A stretch of DNA of 59,867 nucleotides from Catajapyx aquilonaris (Eukaryota): assembly GCA_000934665.2 (NCBI GenBank), contig KZ538602.1:1-59867 (forward strand), written 5' to 3'. The notes beneath the pieces were generated by a model. The model made no database searches and was not told where the DNA came from. It worked only from the letters and a program-made list of their open reading frames with translations. This document shows, one piece after another, positions 39,700 through 52,128 of this stretch. A program made the translations under genes and the position numbers. Every line of letters begins with the position of its first letter. Positions within the stretch are counted from its first letter, which is position 1.

Positions 39700-40800
39700 A
39701 AAGCCAGTGAAACATTCTACCAAACACAATTAGCCAATACGATTAGTATTTTCAACGATTTACTAAATAATATATCGCTATTTTATCTACGATTCTATAA
39801 CTTATAGCTGTTATCTAACCTTATAATTGCAACATCATTCAACCAAACACAATTATTAGCTAATATTAACATTTTACTGGCCGATTTACTAAATAACTGT
39901 TATTTTTATCCACGAGTAATTGCTTTCTCTGCATAGAACTATTTTCCCTGCTTGTAAACTGCTATTTTACCCGATAACTGTTATTTCGCCTTATAATATT
40001 GTGTAACCTCATTCAACTGAACCCAATTATTAGCTAATATTAATATTTTACCAAACGATTTACTAAAAACTGCTATTTTACCTACGAGTAACTGCTCTTC
40101 TGCATAGAACTATTTTCCCTGCTTGGAAACTGCTATTTCACCCCCGTAACTGTTTTTTCGCCGTATATGTTATTTAACCTTATAACTGTTTCATCATTCA
40201 ACCACAGCAGGCTAGTATTCGTATTTTACATAACGATTTAAAAATAACTGCTACTTATCTGCAGAGAACTACAGATATTTGAATGGCTTGGAAACTGTTC
40301 TTTTACCCAATAACGGTTATTTAACATTTTAACTGCTATGTTGGCTGATAACTGGTGTTACCGTATAACTACTATTTTCTCTATACCTGTTAATTTGTAC
40401 TATAACTGCTATGTTGCTGATGGCTGCTGCTTTATGTCAGTAACTGCTTTTTTTCCGAAGGACTGCCATTTCACCTGGTGAGTGTTATTTTAGCTTATAA
40501 TAACTGCTTTACTACAACGTGCTTATAAACTGCGATTCTGCCAGGTAACTGCTATTCAATGCCAGTAGCTGCTTTTACATATGGCTGTTATTTTACATGG
40601 TGACTTTCATTTAATTTTAACAACATACTACAAAGAGCTATTTGAACTGGTAACTGCTCTTGTTGACATAGGACGGACATTTGTCGTCTAGTAAATAACT
40701 GCATTTTTTCGTGATAAGCCGCTGCCACTTTCCCACTGGGAGCCAATTTTTTTACCTGCTAATTAACTTACATTTTACCTCATAACTGCTCTTTTACTTA
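39700..40800. repeat. Degenerate AACTGCTA-core repeat block
   Basis: ~190-bp duplication (39830-40010 vs 40010-40200) and many TAACTGCT words. Confidence 0.7.
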
Positions 40801-41146
40801 TGGGTCCAATCAATTGTATTGTCGCGACAAGTAGAAGGCTCATAATTCTCTACTTGTCATTACATTGTTAGAACTTTACTACTGCATACTATACGGTTCC
40901 TGTTCTGGTTTCAGAAACTTCAAGAACTTTGAGTTACTGATTTATTATCTGGTAGTAACTGCTATTTTTACCTAATGTGCCCAATTGTATTGTTGCAGCA
41001 ACCAGATAACCGTTATACTGCATTGTTATAGGCATTCATTGTTGCCTAGTCAGGTTTCAGATCCTTCATAATTATGTTGAAGGATTGTATAGCGTTCATT
41101 GCACTGCCTGCTTCTTTGTTTTTTTGTTTTTATTTAATGGAGAGAG

Positions 41147-41290
41147 GGGGCGGGGAAGTCCCATTTGTCTTTGGAGGTAATGGAACCTGACGTCCGACTT
41201 GGGGCCTAGAAAGTCTCCCGAGGCTTCTGGGATTTGTCCCGCTAAGCACTGGCCAATCAAGTTAGAGCCCTCACTTCCTGACGCCGCGCC
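41147..41290. promoter_or_regulatory. Candidate promoter/enhancer motif cluster
   Basis: GC box 41147-41155, kB-like GGGAAGTCCC 41153-41162, TGACGT 41188, GGCCAATC 41251, ETS CACTTCCTG 41272. Motif match only. Confidence 0.3.
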
Positions 41291-42099
41291 GCTGGATGTG
41301 CTGCAGGAGTTGAAACGCTTTGTTGTTCACCTACAAGGCAGGTGATTTATTGCTAGCTGCTTTTGATAACCGCTACTGCTATTTTTATAGCAGTGAACTA
41401 CATGTCTATTTTAAAATGGCGTAACAGTGATTTTTGATCTCAGTTATTTCCGGCCTATCAGCGAGTTATGGTTAACTGCTTTCAATAGCTGCTACTTCTA
41501 TTTAGAATCAGTAATTTCCACAGCTTTTTATGGCATGACGGCGATTTTACCGGGGTGATTTCCGGCCTAATAGTGATATATGACTCACTGCTTTTGATCA
41601 CCGCTAATGCTATTCCAAAGTAGTGAGCTACATAAGTTAATTTCCTCACGTTTTTTCGGCCTAATAGCTATTTGTCACTAACTGCTTTTGATTTACTGTT
41701 ACTGCTATTCAAAATCTGTGAGCTACATAGCTTTGCATTTCACGACAGTGATATTAGACCGCGGTTATATTCGGCCCGACAGTTGTCGCTGCGATTAGAG
41801 AATGGCAGTGATTAGTAGCAGTTACCACTAGAGCTGTCGTTTGACTATTATCACACTGGCACTTTCACGCACTGTCACTTCGGCTTTCCTGTCACCGCTT
41901 CAGAAATAACGGGTCACGCTCGGCTTGACTCCTTATCTGAAGAAAGCCCCCCCGTAGAGGCGAGCAATGCGAGTTATGTCACACGATTAATAACCACGAT
42001 ATGCCTAATCAGCCTCGAATTATTATCGCACAGTTGCGGATTGGGTGTTCACCATTGAATACGACTTTCCCCCATTATTATGTCTTTAACAGTTTAGCT

Positions 42100-42640
42100 A
42101 CAGCTTATTACATATCAAAATATTAGTTACTAAAAGGCTTCTGGTCTGAACCAAAAGCATTTATAGTAGGCTAACTAATATTTTGATAGGTAAAGTATTA
42201 AGCTATCTAAAGTTACCAGCTATTAGTTACTATAAAGTTACTATAGTTATTAGTTACTAAAAGGCAGCTAAAAGGTTTTTGGTTTGACCCCAAAATCCTT
42301 CCAAGTAACTAATAATTAATATTAAAGCTAATAAGCTACAATATTAGATACTGAAGTTATTACAAGTTATTAGTTACTAATACTAGTTTGAATCAAAAGC
42401 TTTTGTATTAACTTATAATGTCGTAAGTAAAGCTAATAAACTATTACTAAAGTTACGAGGTTATTAGTTACTAAAAAGGCTTTTGGTTTGAAGCCAAAGC
42501 CTTTCAGTAACTAACATTTTGAACTGTAAAGTTAATAAGTTATTAAAGTTATTAGTTATTACTCACTAAAAAGACTTGGTTTGAATCAAAATCCTGACTA
42601 GTAACCTGCTAGTAACTTATATTTTGATGGGTAGAGCTAA
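42100..42640. repeat. Degenerate TATTAGTTACTAA repeat
   Basis: About 5 decayed ~115-130 bp units with GGTTTGAA.CAAAA. Confidence 0.7.
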
Positions 42641-43441
42641 TATTCTGCTGGCTAAATGCTGATGGACGTTGCCCACAGTTGATCTGGCAACCTTTTCTCC
42701 CCTCGGAGAAGTTTCCAGAGACTCATTGCCTTAGCAACTTGGACCTGAGCAATGTCCCAGAGTTGCTCATTGAAGCAGAGACAAACAAACTGCCTCTGCG
42801 GTGTACAACCTGTGCCCTAAAACTTGTGCAGATTCAGATAGAGATAGAGAGAGGGCCCAGCAGGTCCTCCCCAATCACCCAAATACGAGTGGCGTGAAAA
42901 GCAGCAGCATTCCAACTCCCAAGCAAAGTGAGCAAAAGAGGATCTAAAGCTGACCACAAGGCCCTTCAGGGGGGGTCCTTTAGAAAAGGGCCATAAGGGC
43001 CAACTCACCCCCTCCATCTACCTGATGGCTCCCTCTCATACATCTGGAAATATACGTGTGTATCACCCTGTGATGAATGGGGCAGACACGGATGCAAAAA
43101 TAATGGTCTCTCTCTCTAAGGGACGGCCAAGGGATGGGGAGGGGGTGGGGGGTCATTTAGCCTAATTGGGCATCCGGAAAGGGGGCCTTTCCGGAATTAG
43201 CCTGCCAGAACCGGAAAATCATTCTGGAGATTGGTGCCCCTTCTTTCTCTTTTTTGAAGCCCAATTTTACCATGAAGTGGAAAATCGGGAGAACTTTCAT
43301 GGGAGTTGCTTCAACACCTTTTGTTGCTCGCATGTCAGAGTCCAACAATGACATGGGGGTTGCCATGCACGTCTAGATAAAAGCAGAGTAGTCCAAGTCG
43401 CCATTAAACAGCTTCACGCAACTATACCAAGGGGTTATTCA

Positions 43442-43727
43442 GTAGCTGCTACTTTGTAAGCAGTGACTTGTGAACGGTGATTTTTCGGAGGACCGGGGAA
43501 TATTCCCTGCGAATCGTAGGTTGAAGTGGCATACGTGCTGCCTGCTGAAAATTGAGGGTCAAGCTAGGGGAAAAAATATGGTCACACATGCCATGGGATG
43601 TGTGACCCTCTTTTTCCCCATTCCCCGTTCCTCCGACAAATCACCGGTTGCAAGTCACTGCTTACTAAGTAGCAGCTACGTGCAATTTTTTAGATAACTG
43701 TTTGGACAAAAAAGTTGAAACACCCTG
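43442..43727 (-). mobile_element. MITE family B copy 2, left end truncated
   Basis: Reverse complement of 8945-~9231; intact right end AAAAGTTGAAACACCCTG|TA. Confidence 0.88.
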
Positions 43728-43738
43728 TATATGCTAAA

Positions 43739-44039
43739 TAGCTGCTATTTACCTTCTCAGTAACTGCTACTTTCCCTGCTATTAACTGCTACTTTGCCAG
43801 TTACGTAGCTGCTATTTACCGTCTCAGTAACTGCTCCTTTCCCTGCTATTAACTGCTACTTTGCCAGTTACGTGGCTGCTATTTACCTTCTCAGTAACTG
43901 CTACTTTCCCTGTTATTAACTGCTACTTTGCCAGTTATGTAGCTGCTATTTACCGTCTCAGTAACTGCTCCTTTCCCTGCTATTAACTGCTACTTTGCCA
44001 GTTACGTAGCTGCTATTTACCGTCTCAGTAACTGCTACG
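43739..44039. repeat. Minisatellite, 67 bp unit, ~4.5 copies
   Basis: GCTGCTATTTACC register at 43741, 43808, 43875, 43942 and 44009. Confidence 0.95.
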
Positions 44040-44146
44040 TAACTGTCACCAATTGCTATTTGACCTTGTAAGTAGCTGCTATTTCGCTGATAAGTGTTGT
44101 GGCTGCCGTAGTTGGCTCCCCTTCACACTTTCTGCCCATCTGTATA

Positions 44147-44353
44147 CAGGGTGGACCAACTTCAAGTGTCGTTTTATAACGGCGATTAATAGCAGTGATT
44201 TTGCGATGACGTAGGAGCGACGTGTAAAATGTCCCACTTCGGCCAAGCTTCGGCGCCATCGAAGTGGGCCATTTTACACGTCGCTGCTACGTCAATCTAA
44301 AGCGCTTCTATTAATAGCCGTTATAAAACGACACTTGAAGTTGGTCCACCCTG
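44147..44353. mobile_element. Tc1/mariner-type MITE, family A copy 2
   Basis: 46-bp outer TIR with 1 mismatch; TA on both sides; homologous to 3069-3273. Confidence 0.93.
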
Positions 44354-45623
44354 TACACCATAGGCCTGCTTTCACACGACGACCTCACCTTTTGACTCGT
44401 TCTCCTGGTGGCCTGATAAGGCATAGCCGCTAATTAATGCCGATGCAAGAGCAAGACAGAGGCAATGCATCACAAAAGTGGAGGCCAAGATGGCTCCCAG
44501 TGGCAACAACCAGTAAGTGAATTTAACGATTATCTTCCACCCCCTCCTCCTCCTCCTCCCTTCCCTCTTTTTGGATCCGATAGCGCCATACCCCCTCTTT
44601 TTGGAGGTTGCGCCTGCTGCATCGGTGATAAATGTTTTCTTGTCATAAGGCACTTTCCAACACCCCCCATCCTCCTCCTCCTCTCTAGACTAAGCTTTAC
44701 CTCCAAAACCACTGGCAGCACGTTTAGGCCTGTACTGCAATTAATTCAGATTTTACTTGTGTCAGTTTTGGAGCCAACAGGATGTCGCAGGGGCCTCTCC
44801 CATCACTCACACTCTGAGGGGGAAAGGGAGGTATTAAAAATCAGATTTGTCAGCTATTTCTCTACCATCCATCCTCCGTATATATAAATTTCTAGAGCGC
44901 AGATCCAGCCATGGTCCCGCCAAGCCCTCTTGGCCTATTATTGGCAGCGCCTCGGAAACAATGCCTCTAATGCGCCCATTGTCTACTATAGGGGGGATAC
45001 CCCCCCCCCCCCCCCCCCCCCCGCGATCTCNCCCCCCGTGTTTTCAAAAGCTGATTCACACCCCCTCCAACAAAATGCCTCGGATGTTATACGACCCACA
45101 CCACTCTTTTTTTTGTCTCTCTCCATACCGACAGTACGGGGAGGGGAGAGGGTTTGCCATTTTTTTTGCCAATATACGGTGTTTGTGCAAAACCATGGAC
45201 TGGATGGCATTGGTGTGACAGTTGTGCGACTCTCTTGTTGAGCAATGATAATGCAGGTGTTCCAACTGAACTGTCCCGTTCACTCGTAACCATTGTTATA
45301 TCGAAAGTAGCTTATTAATAAGCGGCTATAGCTATGCACAACACACTATTTTGATTGTTACTTCTATTATTAATATCGTGAAGTTTGCTTTCTTTATATT
45401 AATATTAATTTAATAGCCTTCTTTTAATATCATTATTTATTTATATTGAAATATTGATTTTCATTATTTTAATATCATTGCTTATTTCTATATAAATACC
45501 GTACTTATTTTATTGTTTCAATATATTATTTATTTAAATATTTTATTTCGCATTATTATTTATTCAAATATTTTATTTCGTATTATTATTTATTTAAATA
45601 TCATATTATTTTGGTTAATTATT

Positions 45624-45760
45624 ATATTAGATTGCTGATTATTTATTTCAATTTTATATATTAGATTGCTGATTATTTATTTCAATTTTATATATTAGAT
45701 TGCTGATTATTTATTTCAATTTTATATATTAGATTGCTGATTATCTATTTCAATTTATAT
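45624..45760. repeat. Minisatellite, 34 bp unit, 4 copies
   Basis: ATTGCTGATT register at 45631, 45665, 45699 and 45733. Confidence 0.92.
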
Positions 45761-46890
45761 ATTTATTAACTTATTTATTACAATTGTATATATTTATATT
45801 TTATTATTACAATTGTATATATTTATATTTTATTATGTCACTTTATTTTAATTTGTTTATATTTATTAACTTATTTATTTCAATTTTATTATCTAATTTA
45901 TTTCAATTTATTGTCTAATTTATTCACATTATTTTCATTTAAATTTATTTTATTCTATTTAAATAATTTTATTATTTATTCTTTTTAGTTTTATACCGCT
46001 ATTATGACATACAATAAATTATCACTATTAATTTACTTGTTATTATTTATTAATCTCGATTAATTTACTTATGCTAACTTATACAATCGTCTGTGAAATA
46101 ATTTGTAAGAAGAATTTAATCGTAGATATAAAATTGGCTCGAGTCTGAGACTCTGTTTGTCCTTGGATGAATCATCAGCTACATGTAGTACCACTTTCTC
46201 CCGCATGACTGAGTGGCTGAGTGTGCAGATGCGCCATCTATGGGAAAGCTGTGGTTCTACTAGGACAGTCCCGGATTGTTTTGCCAAGTTTACAATCGTG
46301 AAAATAACTCAAAATAATTGATCCCACATGCTGCGCTCAAAATAACATCCGCCACCCCACCCAATGCAACAATTTCCCCCAAAAACACGTGCTCAGAATA
46401 GCCGTGGGTCAGATTTTGCAAAAAGCTCGCATAAAACGAATGGGGCCCCGGCAGCGATTGAATTAATTCAAATCACTCTCTCCATGCCGATTGTTATATC
46501 GAACAATCCCCTATATATACTCCTGCCCTCTTCTAATTTACGATTCCACCCCCCCCCCTCTCCCTCCCCACCTCCCATTCCCCCCCCAGCAGCATATTAG
46601 TCCGGGAATTAATTTACAAGTCAGGCAACTCTATTCCGGAGTCAAGCCGGATCAAGCCTGAAAGCATCCGAAAGGAAACGTAAACACAAACAATGTGCTT
46701 TGGAAAAACATGTCCCTGGGAAGGGGGTGTATACACAGGGGAAGGTTTTAGATGGCACCCCCCCACTTTGGTTTACATGGACAAAAATTTGTTTTTCTTT
46801 CCAAAAGGCGATCAGCAGGGGGACGTGGGTGACAACAATGGGACAACAATGGCTGGAAAAATACAGCTCAAATTGAACCTACTATTATAC

Positions 46891-47399
46891 CGCGCGAATC
46901 AAAGATGGCGGACCCTATTTTTGCCTGTACCCTATTTATACCTCGTTGGCGTTACCCACACTTCAAAATGGCCGCCAGCCTTGGCAACGCCCCAACCAGA
47001 GAGACGCTCTTATGTAGTATATGCTCCCTGATATATCAGGGAGCATATACTACATAAGAGGCGCAAACATTCGATTTCCGCGTCTCTCTGGTTAGGGCCG
47101 TTGCCAAGGCTAGCGGCCATTTTGAAGTGTGGGTAACGCCAACGTGGTACAAATAGGGTACAGGCAAAAATAGGGTCCGCCATCTTTGATTCGCGCGTGT
47201 GTAGTTGCCATGGCTGCCACAACCATCAAAGATGGCGGACCCTATTTTTGCCTGTACCCTATTTATACCTCGTTGGCGTTACCCACACTTCAAAGTGGCC
47301 GCTAGCCTTGGCAACGCCCCTAAACAGAGAAACGCGAACATCAAAGGCCCCGACTCTTGTGCAGTATATGCTCCCTGGTCATATATAAGGAGCATATAC
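46891..47399. mobile_element. Compound foldback of a CAGGGAGCATATAC-ended non-autonomous element
   Basis: Three ~140-160 bp arms, forward/reverse/forward (46891-47030, 47037-47197, 47225-47377), plus an end fragment at 47388-47399. Confidence 0.85.
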
Positions 47400-47823
47400 G
47401 GATTTAATATTGTAGCAATGAGCTGATATTAGCAAATTTTTTTAAAAAAAGCAAAAGCACTAGCTTTATGACAATGAAAAATGTTGTCAACTGTCGCGTA
47501 ACTTCAAAGTGGTCGGCCGCGCAGAAAAATGTACCAAGAGACGGTGGCAATAATTAAATTTTTATTAAAAGCAAATTGTTGGCCATGAGATGTCTCTTTT
47601 TTTAAAAAAAAATAAACTTGCATCGATTGGTTCATCATCATCATTTACTTCACGGCAAAATAATCCCATAGAGGGGTAGCCAGCGGAGTACAGGTTGCCC
47701 CTGTCCCCCTCGTATGACCTACAAAATGACACTCTGGTGAATGGTCAGGCCACGCAGAGGTTAATGAAAGGGATGAATCGATTGGTTGAATAGCAAAATA
47801 TTCGCATTATGTACAAGATTGCA

Positions 47824-47974
47824 ATTTTTGGTTGCTAGAGGTAGTAAGCCACGTGCATTATTTTTGCAAAATTTAGTCACATATCTTTGCAATAATAATT
47901 ATTAATATTGCAAAATTATCAGCGTGTGGTTAAAATTTGCAAAATTAATGCACGTACCTCTAGCAACCAAAAAT
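47824..47974. repeat. Imperfect palindrome at the start of a degenerate repeat block (to ~48600)
   Basis: ATTTTTGGTTGCTAGAGGTA / TACCTCTAGCAACCAAAAAT arms; centre TTGCAATAATAATTATTAATATTGCAA. Confidence 0.8.
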
Positions 47975-49237
47975 AGCACAAAAATTCTATGTAACAAAAT
48001 TTGTAAAAATAATGCACGTGACTAACTACCTCTAGCAACCAACAACTTCAAAAAAATTCAATGCGACCAAATTGCAAATATAATGCACATAAATTAATGG
48101 AAAATTAGCAGAAATATTTATATCTGACATTATTTTGAGCAACAAAAAATGCAAAATGGCATCCATGTGACCCACATTTTTAAAAAAATGCTACGTATTA
48201 TCTGTAGGCTACAACGTACTGCCACTAGCAACCATATATTGCGAAAATCCTCATTATCAACATAAAATTGCACAAAATCATCCATGGTTCCGTATGCGAC
48301 AAAAATTGCAAAAAAAATTCACATGTGACTCGAACAGCAAAAAATTGCACAAATTCATCCATGTGGCCCCATATGTGAAAAATCGCTAAAAATTATCTGT
48401 ATGACTGTAGCATCCAGATATTGCTAAAATAATCTTCACGATTTACTTTAAAAATTTATGCAAAATCATCCATGGTTCCATATGTGGCTAAAATTGCCAA
48501 AAATATTCATGCGACTTACTATCTCGAGCAATAAAAAATTGCAAATATTCATCCATACGTGTGAAAATTTGCTACAAATTATCTGTATGACTTACTACCC
48601 GCCCTAGAAACCTTAAAAATATTTCTGCCGCAATTTTACACTCTGAACAATAAACTGGGTCACCCCCAGTCCCCTTCCCCTATATATTGATCACAAAAAT
48701 TCCTATCGTTCCTTAACCCACCCACACACCCCCCAAAACCTTCCTTCTCTTCGATACAAAAACATAATGTTATTCGTCTGGACCGCGGATCCGGAGCCCT
48801 GAGGCCCACAAAAATATCGGTGGTCCGATCAATGACGGATTAATAAACATTCCATCCGAACAGAATTTCGGTGGGGGGGTTTTACAAGGAGAGAGACAGT
48901 AGCTCGGAGGCATCAAACAACAGCTTTTTGGGGGCAAAGTGTATAGGAGGGAGACGTAGGTTCTAATCTTGGTGGTGGTAGGATATAGTCTATATAGGGG
49001 GGAGGTGGTTTCCATTTAGTGGAGCAGCACACACACGATAAGGATTTATCATGCTGCTTCCCCATCCTTTTCACTTCCACTGCAAATCGCTATTCCGCTA
49101 CTCGTTTTCGAGCCAAGTCACTTCAAGCCTAGGATTCTTCACACTTACTTAACGACCCAGTTTTCTTTTGAAACAAAAATTTATAAGAGGTAGGTGCGAA
49201 TGTTCACTTTGCATGGTACAGGGTGTGTCTATTATAG

Positions 49238-49275
49238 GGTTGGGTTAGGTTTGGTTAGGTTTGGTTAGGTTAGGT
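49238..49275 (+). repeat. Degenerate (TTAGG)n tract
   Basis: GGTTGGGTTAGGTTTGGTTAGGTTTGGTTAGGTTAGG. Confidence 0.75.
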
Positions 49276-49411
49276 CTTGTCACTACAAAAACACAACAAA
49301 AATGTCTATTTGTGGGCTTTGTACTTCAAACAATCCCTTTTACTTGAGGAACGTGCCTACCCCAAATGCATAATACTCGAACAAGGACCATTAAATGAAT
49401 AAATCACAAAA

Positions 49412-49790
49412 TGTGTAAATAAATATGTAAACAATGATGATGTGTAAATAAATATGTAAACAATGATGATGTGTAAATAAATATGTAAACAATGATGATG
49501 TGTAAATAAATATGTAAACAATGATGATGTGTAAATAAATATGTAAACAATCATGATATGTGCAAATAAATATGTACACCTATCATGATATGTAACCAGT
49601 CACTATAATGTGTACTAAATAAATATGTAAATAATCATGATATGTGCAAATAAATATGAAAACAATCATGATATGTGCAAATAAATATGTGAACAATCAT
49701 GATATGTGCAAATAAATATGTAAACAATCGTGATATGTGCAAATAAATATGTAAACAATCACTGTACGTGTAAATATGTAAACAAATAAA
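49412..49790. repeat. Minisatellite, 29 bp unit
   Basis: TGTGTAAATAAATATGTAAACAATGATGA, drifting to a TATGTGCAAAT variant. Confidence 0.93.
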
Positions 49791-51134
49791 TAATGAGGTA
49801 AATAAAAAGTAACAACCAAATAAATATGTAAGTAAACACGTACTGTACAGTATGCAAGTAAATAGGCAAATAAATACATTTAAAAGCCCAGATTTGAATA
49901 GTCAGGTAGTACTTGTTTTAGAAATTCAAACTACAGTATTTTAAAAAATCATTTTGCGAAAAAAGTAGTTAAATTCCTTCAGTCAGAATTTGAGTCAATA
50001 GCCACTCAAATGTGATGTGATTTCGTCTACTTTGAAGGTCATGCGCTCTAGAGGGGGGTCCTAAAAACCAATCAAAAACATGTCAAAGCCCGAGTCACCT
50101 GTAACCGAAACTGGAATGTTTGAATCTCGAATTCGCGTAATCACTTTTTTATTCGTCCCCTCTACTCTCATCACAACAATTCCGAACAGAATTAGTTTCC
50201 CCCCCTCCCAACATTTTCAACAAACAGGGGGGGAGATGGGAGGGCAAACAACAACAGCTCTCTCTCTCTTAATCCTCATATTTGACTATCAAGCATCCAA
50301 AATATCCACGTCTGGTCCTGTCACCTATTTGGACTCCCAATTTTACATGTGTAAAGACACGACCAGGGTGTAATTCCAGAAGTGGGTGAGACTTGAACAA
50401 AAAAGGGGGATTCGAATTCTATTCTATTCCAGCAAACCCTCCCTCTTTTTCTAGTTATCAATTACTAGAAGGGAGTAATCCGGCATTTCATTAGCGTAAA
50501 ATGGGAAAAGGAGTGATAGACTCCCCATCCAGCTAACCCATGGAATTGGATCGCCAAAATCGCACCTTCGTCCATTTTTTTCTCCCCCGCCCTCCTAGAA
50601 TTTCGCCCTTCACCCGTTTTATATACCATCAGGTAAAATAGATCAAACTCGATTAGTTTACCCAACAATCTGCTTCCTGATTTTCCTCATTTTCCAAAAA
50701 CTTGGTTCTATAAGAACCGGGGCTCTCTCAGGGGACTAGAAAAAGCTAGAGAGAGTGAAAGCGTTCCGGTGAAAAAGAGTTAATTAACTTAGGTCTCGTC
50801 TACAAGCCTTTTAGCGAGACCTTTACCGTTCTCTCTCCGGATGGGCGAAAAGAGAGGGGGGTGTAATCTACGCGGTCTTATATTACGAAGGAGAAATTTC
50901 AGAAGTGGTGTAGCCAGAGGCGCCGGCTTAATAGTCCACTTTTATCCCATCAAGAGGCAGATAAGAGGGAGCGGCCCGGAATGCACAGATACAACCAAGT
51001 GTTCGGCTTCATTTTTCAACGGCCCACAGGGAATACCGCCAGCTTTAAAGGGGGGAAAAAACCAGGTTTTGAATATTAAAGAGAGTGAACGACTGAGCCG
51101 TCGTTTGGGTATTATGTACGGTATATGTTAATAA

Positions 51135-51385
51135 AAACGAAGGCAATAGCGTAATGTGATGAATAAACAAATATATGTAGCAAAAAAAACCGTGCGATGT
51201 CCGGGGATCGAACCTGCTACCTAACAGCCCGAACTAGCTACTAACATCCCGCTCCTGTAAGGGAGCAGGTTCCAGCCCCGGTCGTCACAATTTGTCCACT
51301 ATTTTTTTATACCCATTCTTACTCCCATTTTCACGTTAGCTGATTATTGGCTTCAAATAAGTTGCTTAAAAATATTCTTAAGCAG
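51135..51385. repeat. Dispersed repeat with inverted B-box-like arms, copy 1
   Basis: Homologous to 51925-52128; internal 34-bp inverted repeat 51194-51227 / 51255-51288. Confidence 0.7.
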
Positions 51386-51924
51386 TGTAGCTAAAAGTAA
51401 TTCTGAAAAATTTCGTGTAATGTTCAGTAAATTATGGCCTCATCCTTCTCGATGGTGCATGAAGGTAATCTAGAATGACGACTTGCTCGTAGAAATTAAC
51501 AGGAACACCACTCAAGATAATTTTAGACCCGCATGGACCCAACCCAGTTCCGGGGTTATTCCCACTTCACCGAACCCTGGTTATTCTCTTAGTGCGTGAA
51601 GGGCGTTCTCAGCATGGGAGCTTTCCTTCCTCGGATAAACCGGCGATTGTCAGCAGGTGCCCAACGACCTCCCCCACGATAATAATCAACCGCTATAAAT
51701 CCCTTTCCTCATTGCCTTATTCTGCAGTTATAAGTATTAATGGCCGCTTATTGCTCCCCGGTAACGATTTCGCTTCCACGTGCGCACTTTTCTTCGCCCC
51801 CTTTTTATTATCATTATGGGAGAGCAAATCTTTGGCAGCAATTGGATGATCTGCCATACTTTCACCATCAGAGTTTTGGTTGTACATTATATCTTTTTTT
51901 TTTCTTCGTGTTCTTCATAAAAAT

Positions 51925-52128
51925 GGTGTGTTAACAAAGTAAATAGCATAATGTGTTGGCATATGTAGCGGAAAAGGCTGCGATGAGCTGGGATCGAACT
52001 TACTGCTTGGCAGCTCGCACTTGTAAGGTAGCAGGTTCCAGCCCCGGTCGTCGCAATTATTTCCCTGTTTTTTTTACCTATTCTTACGTCGCTTGGAATA
52101 TGTTGCTTAAATAATATTTTCTTAAACC
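51925..52128. repeat. Dispersed repeat with inverted B-box-like arms, copy 2
   Basis: Shares GCAGGTTCCAGCCCCGGTCGTC exactly with copy 1; flanks align. Confidence 0.7.
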
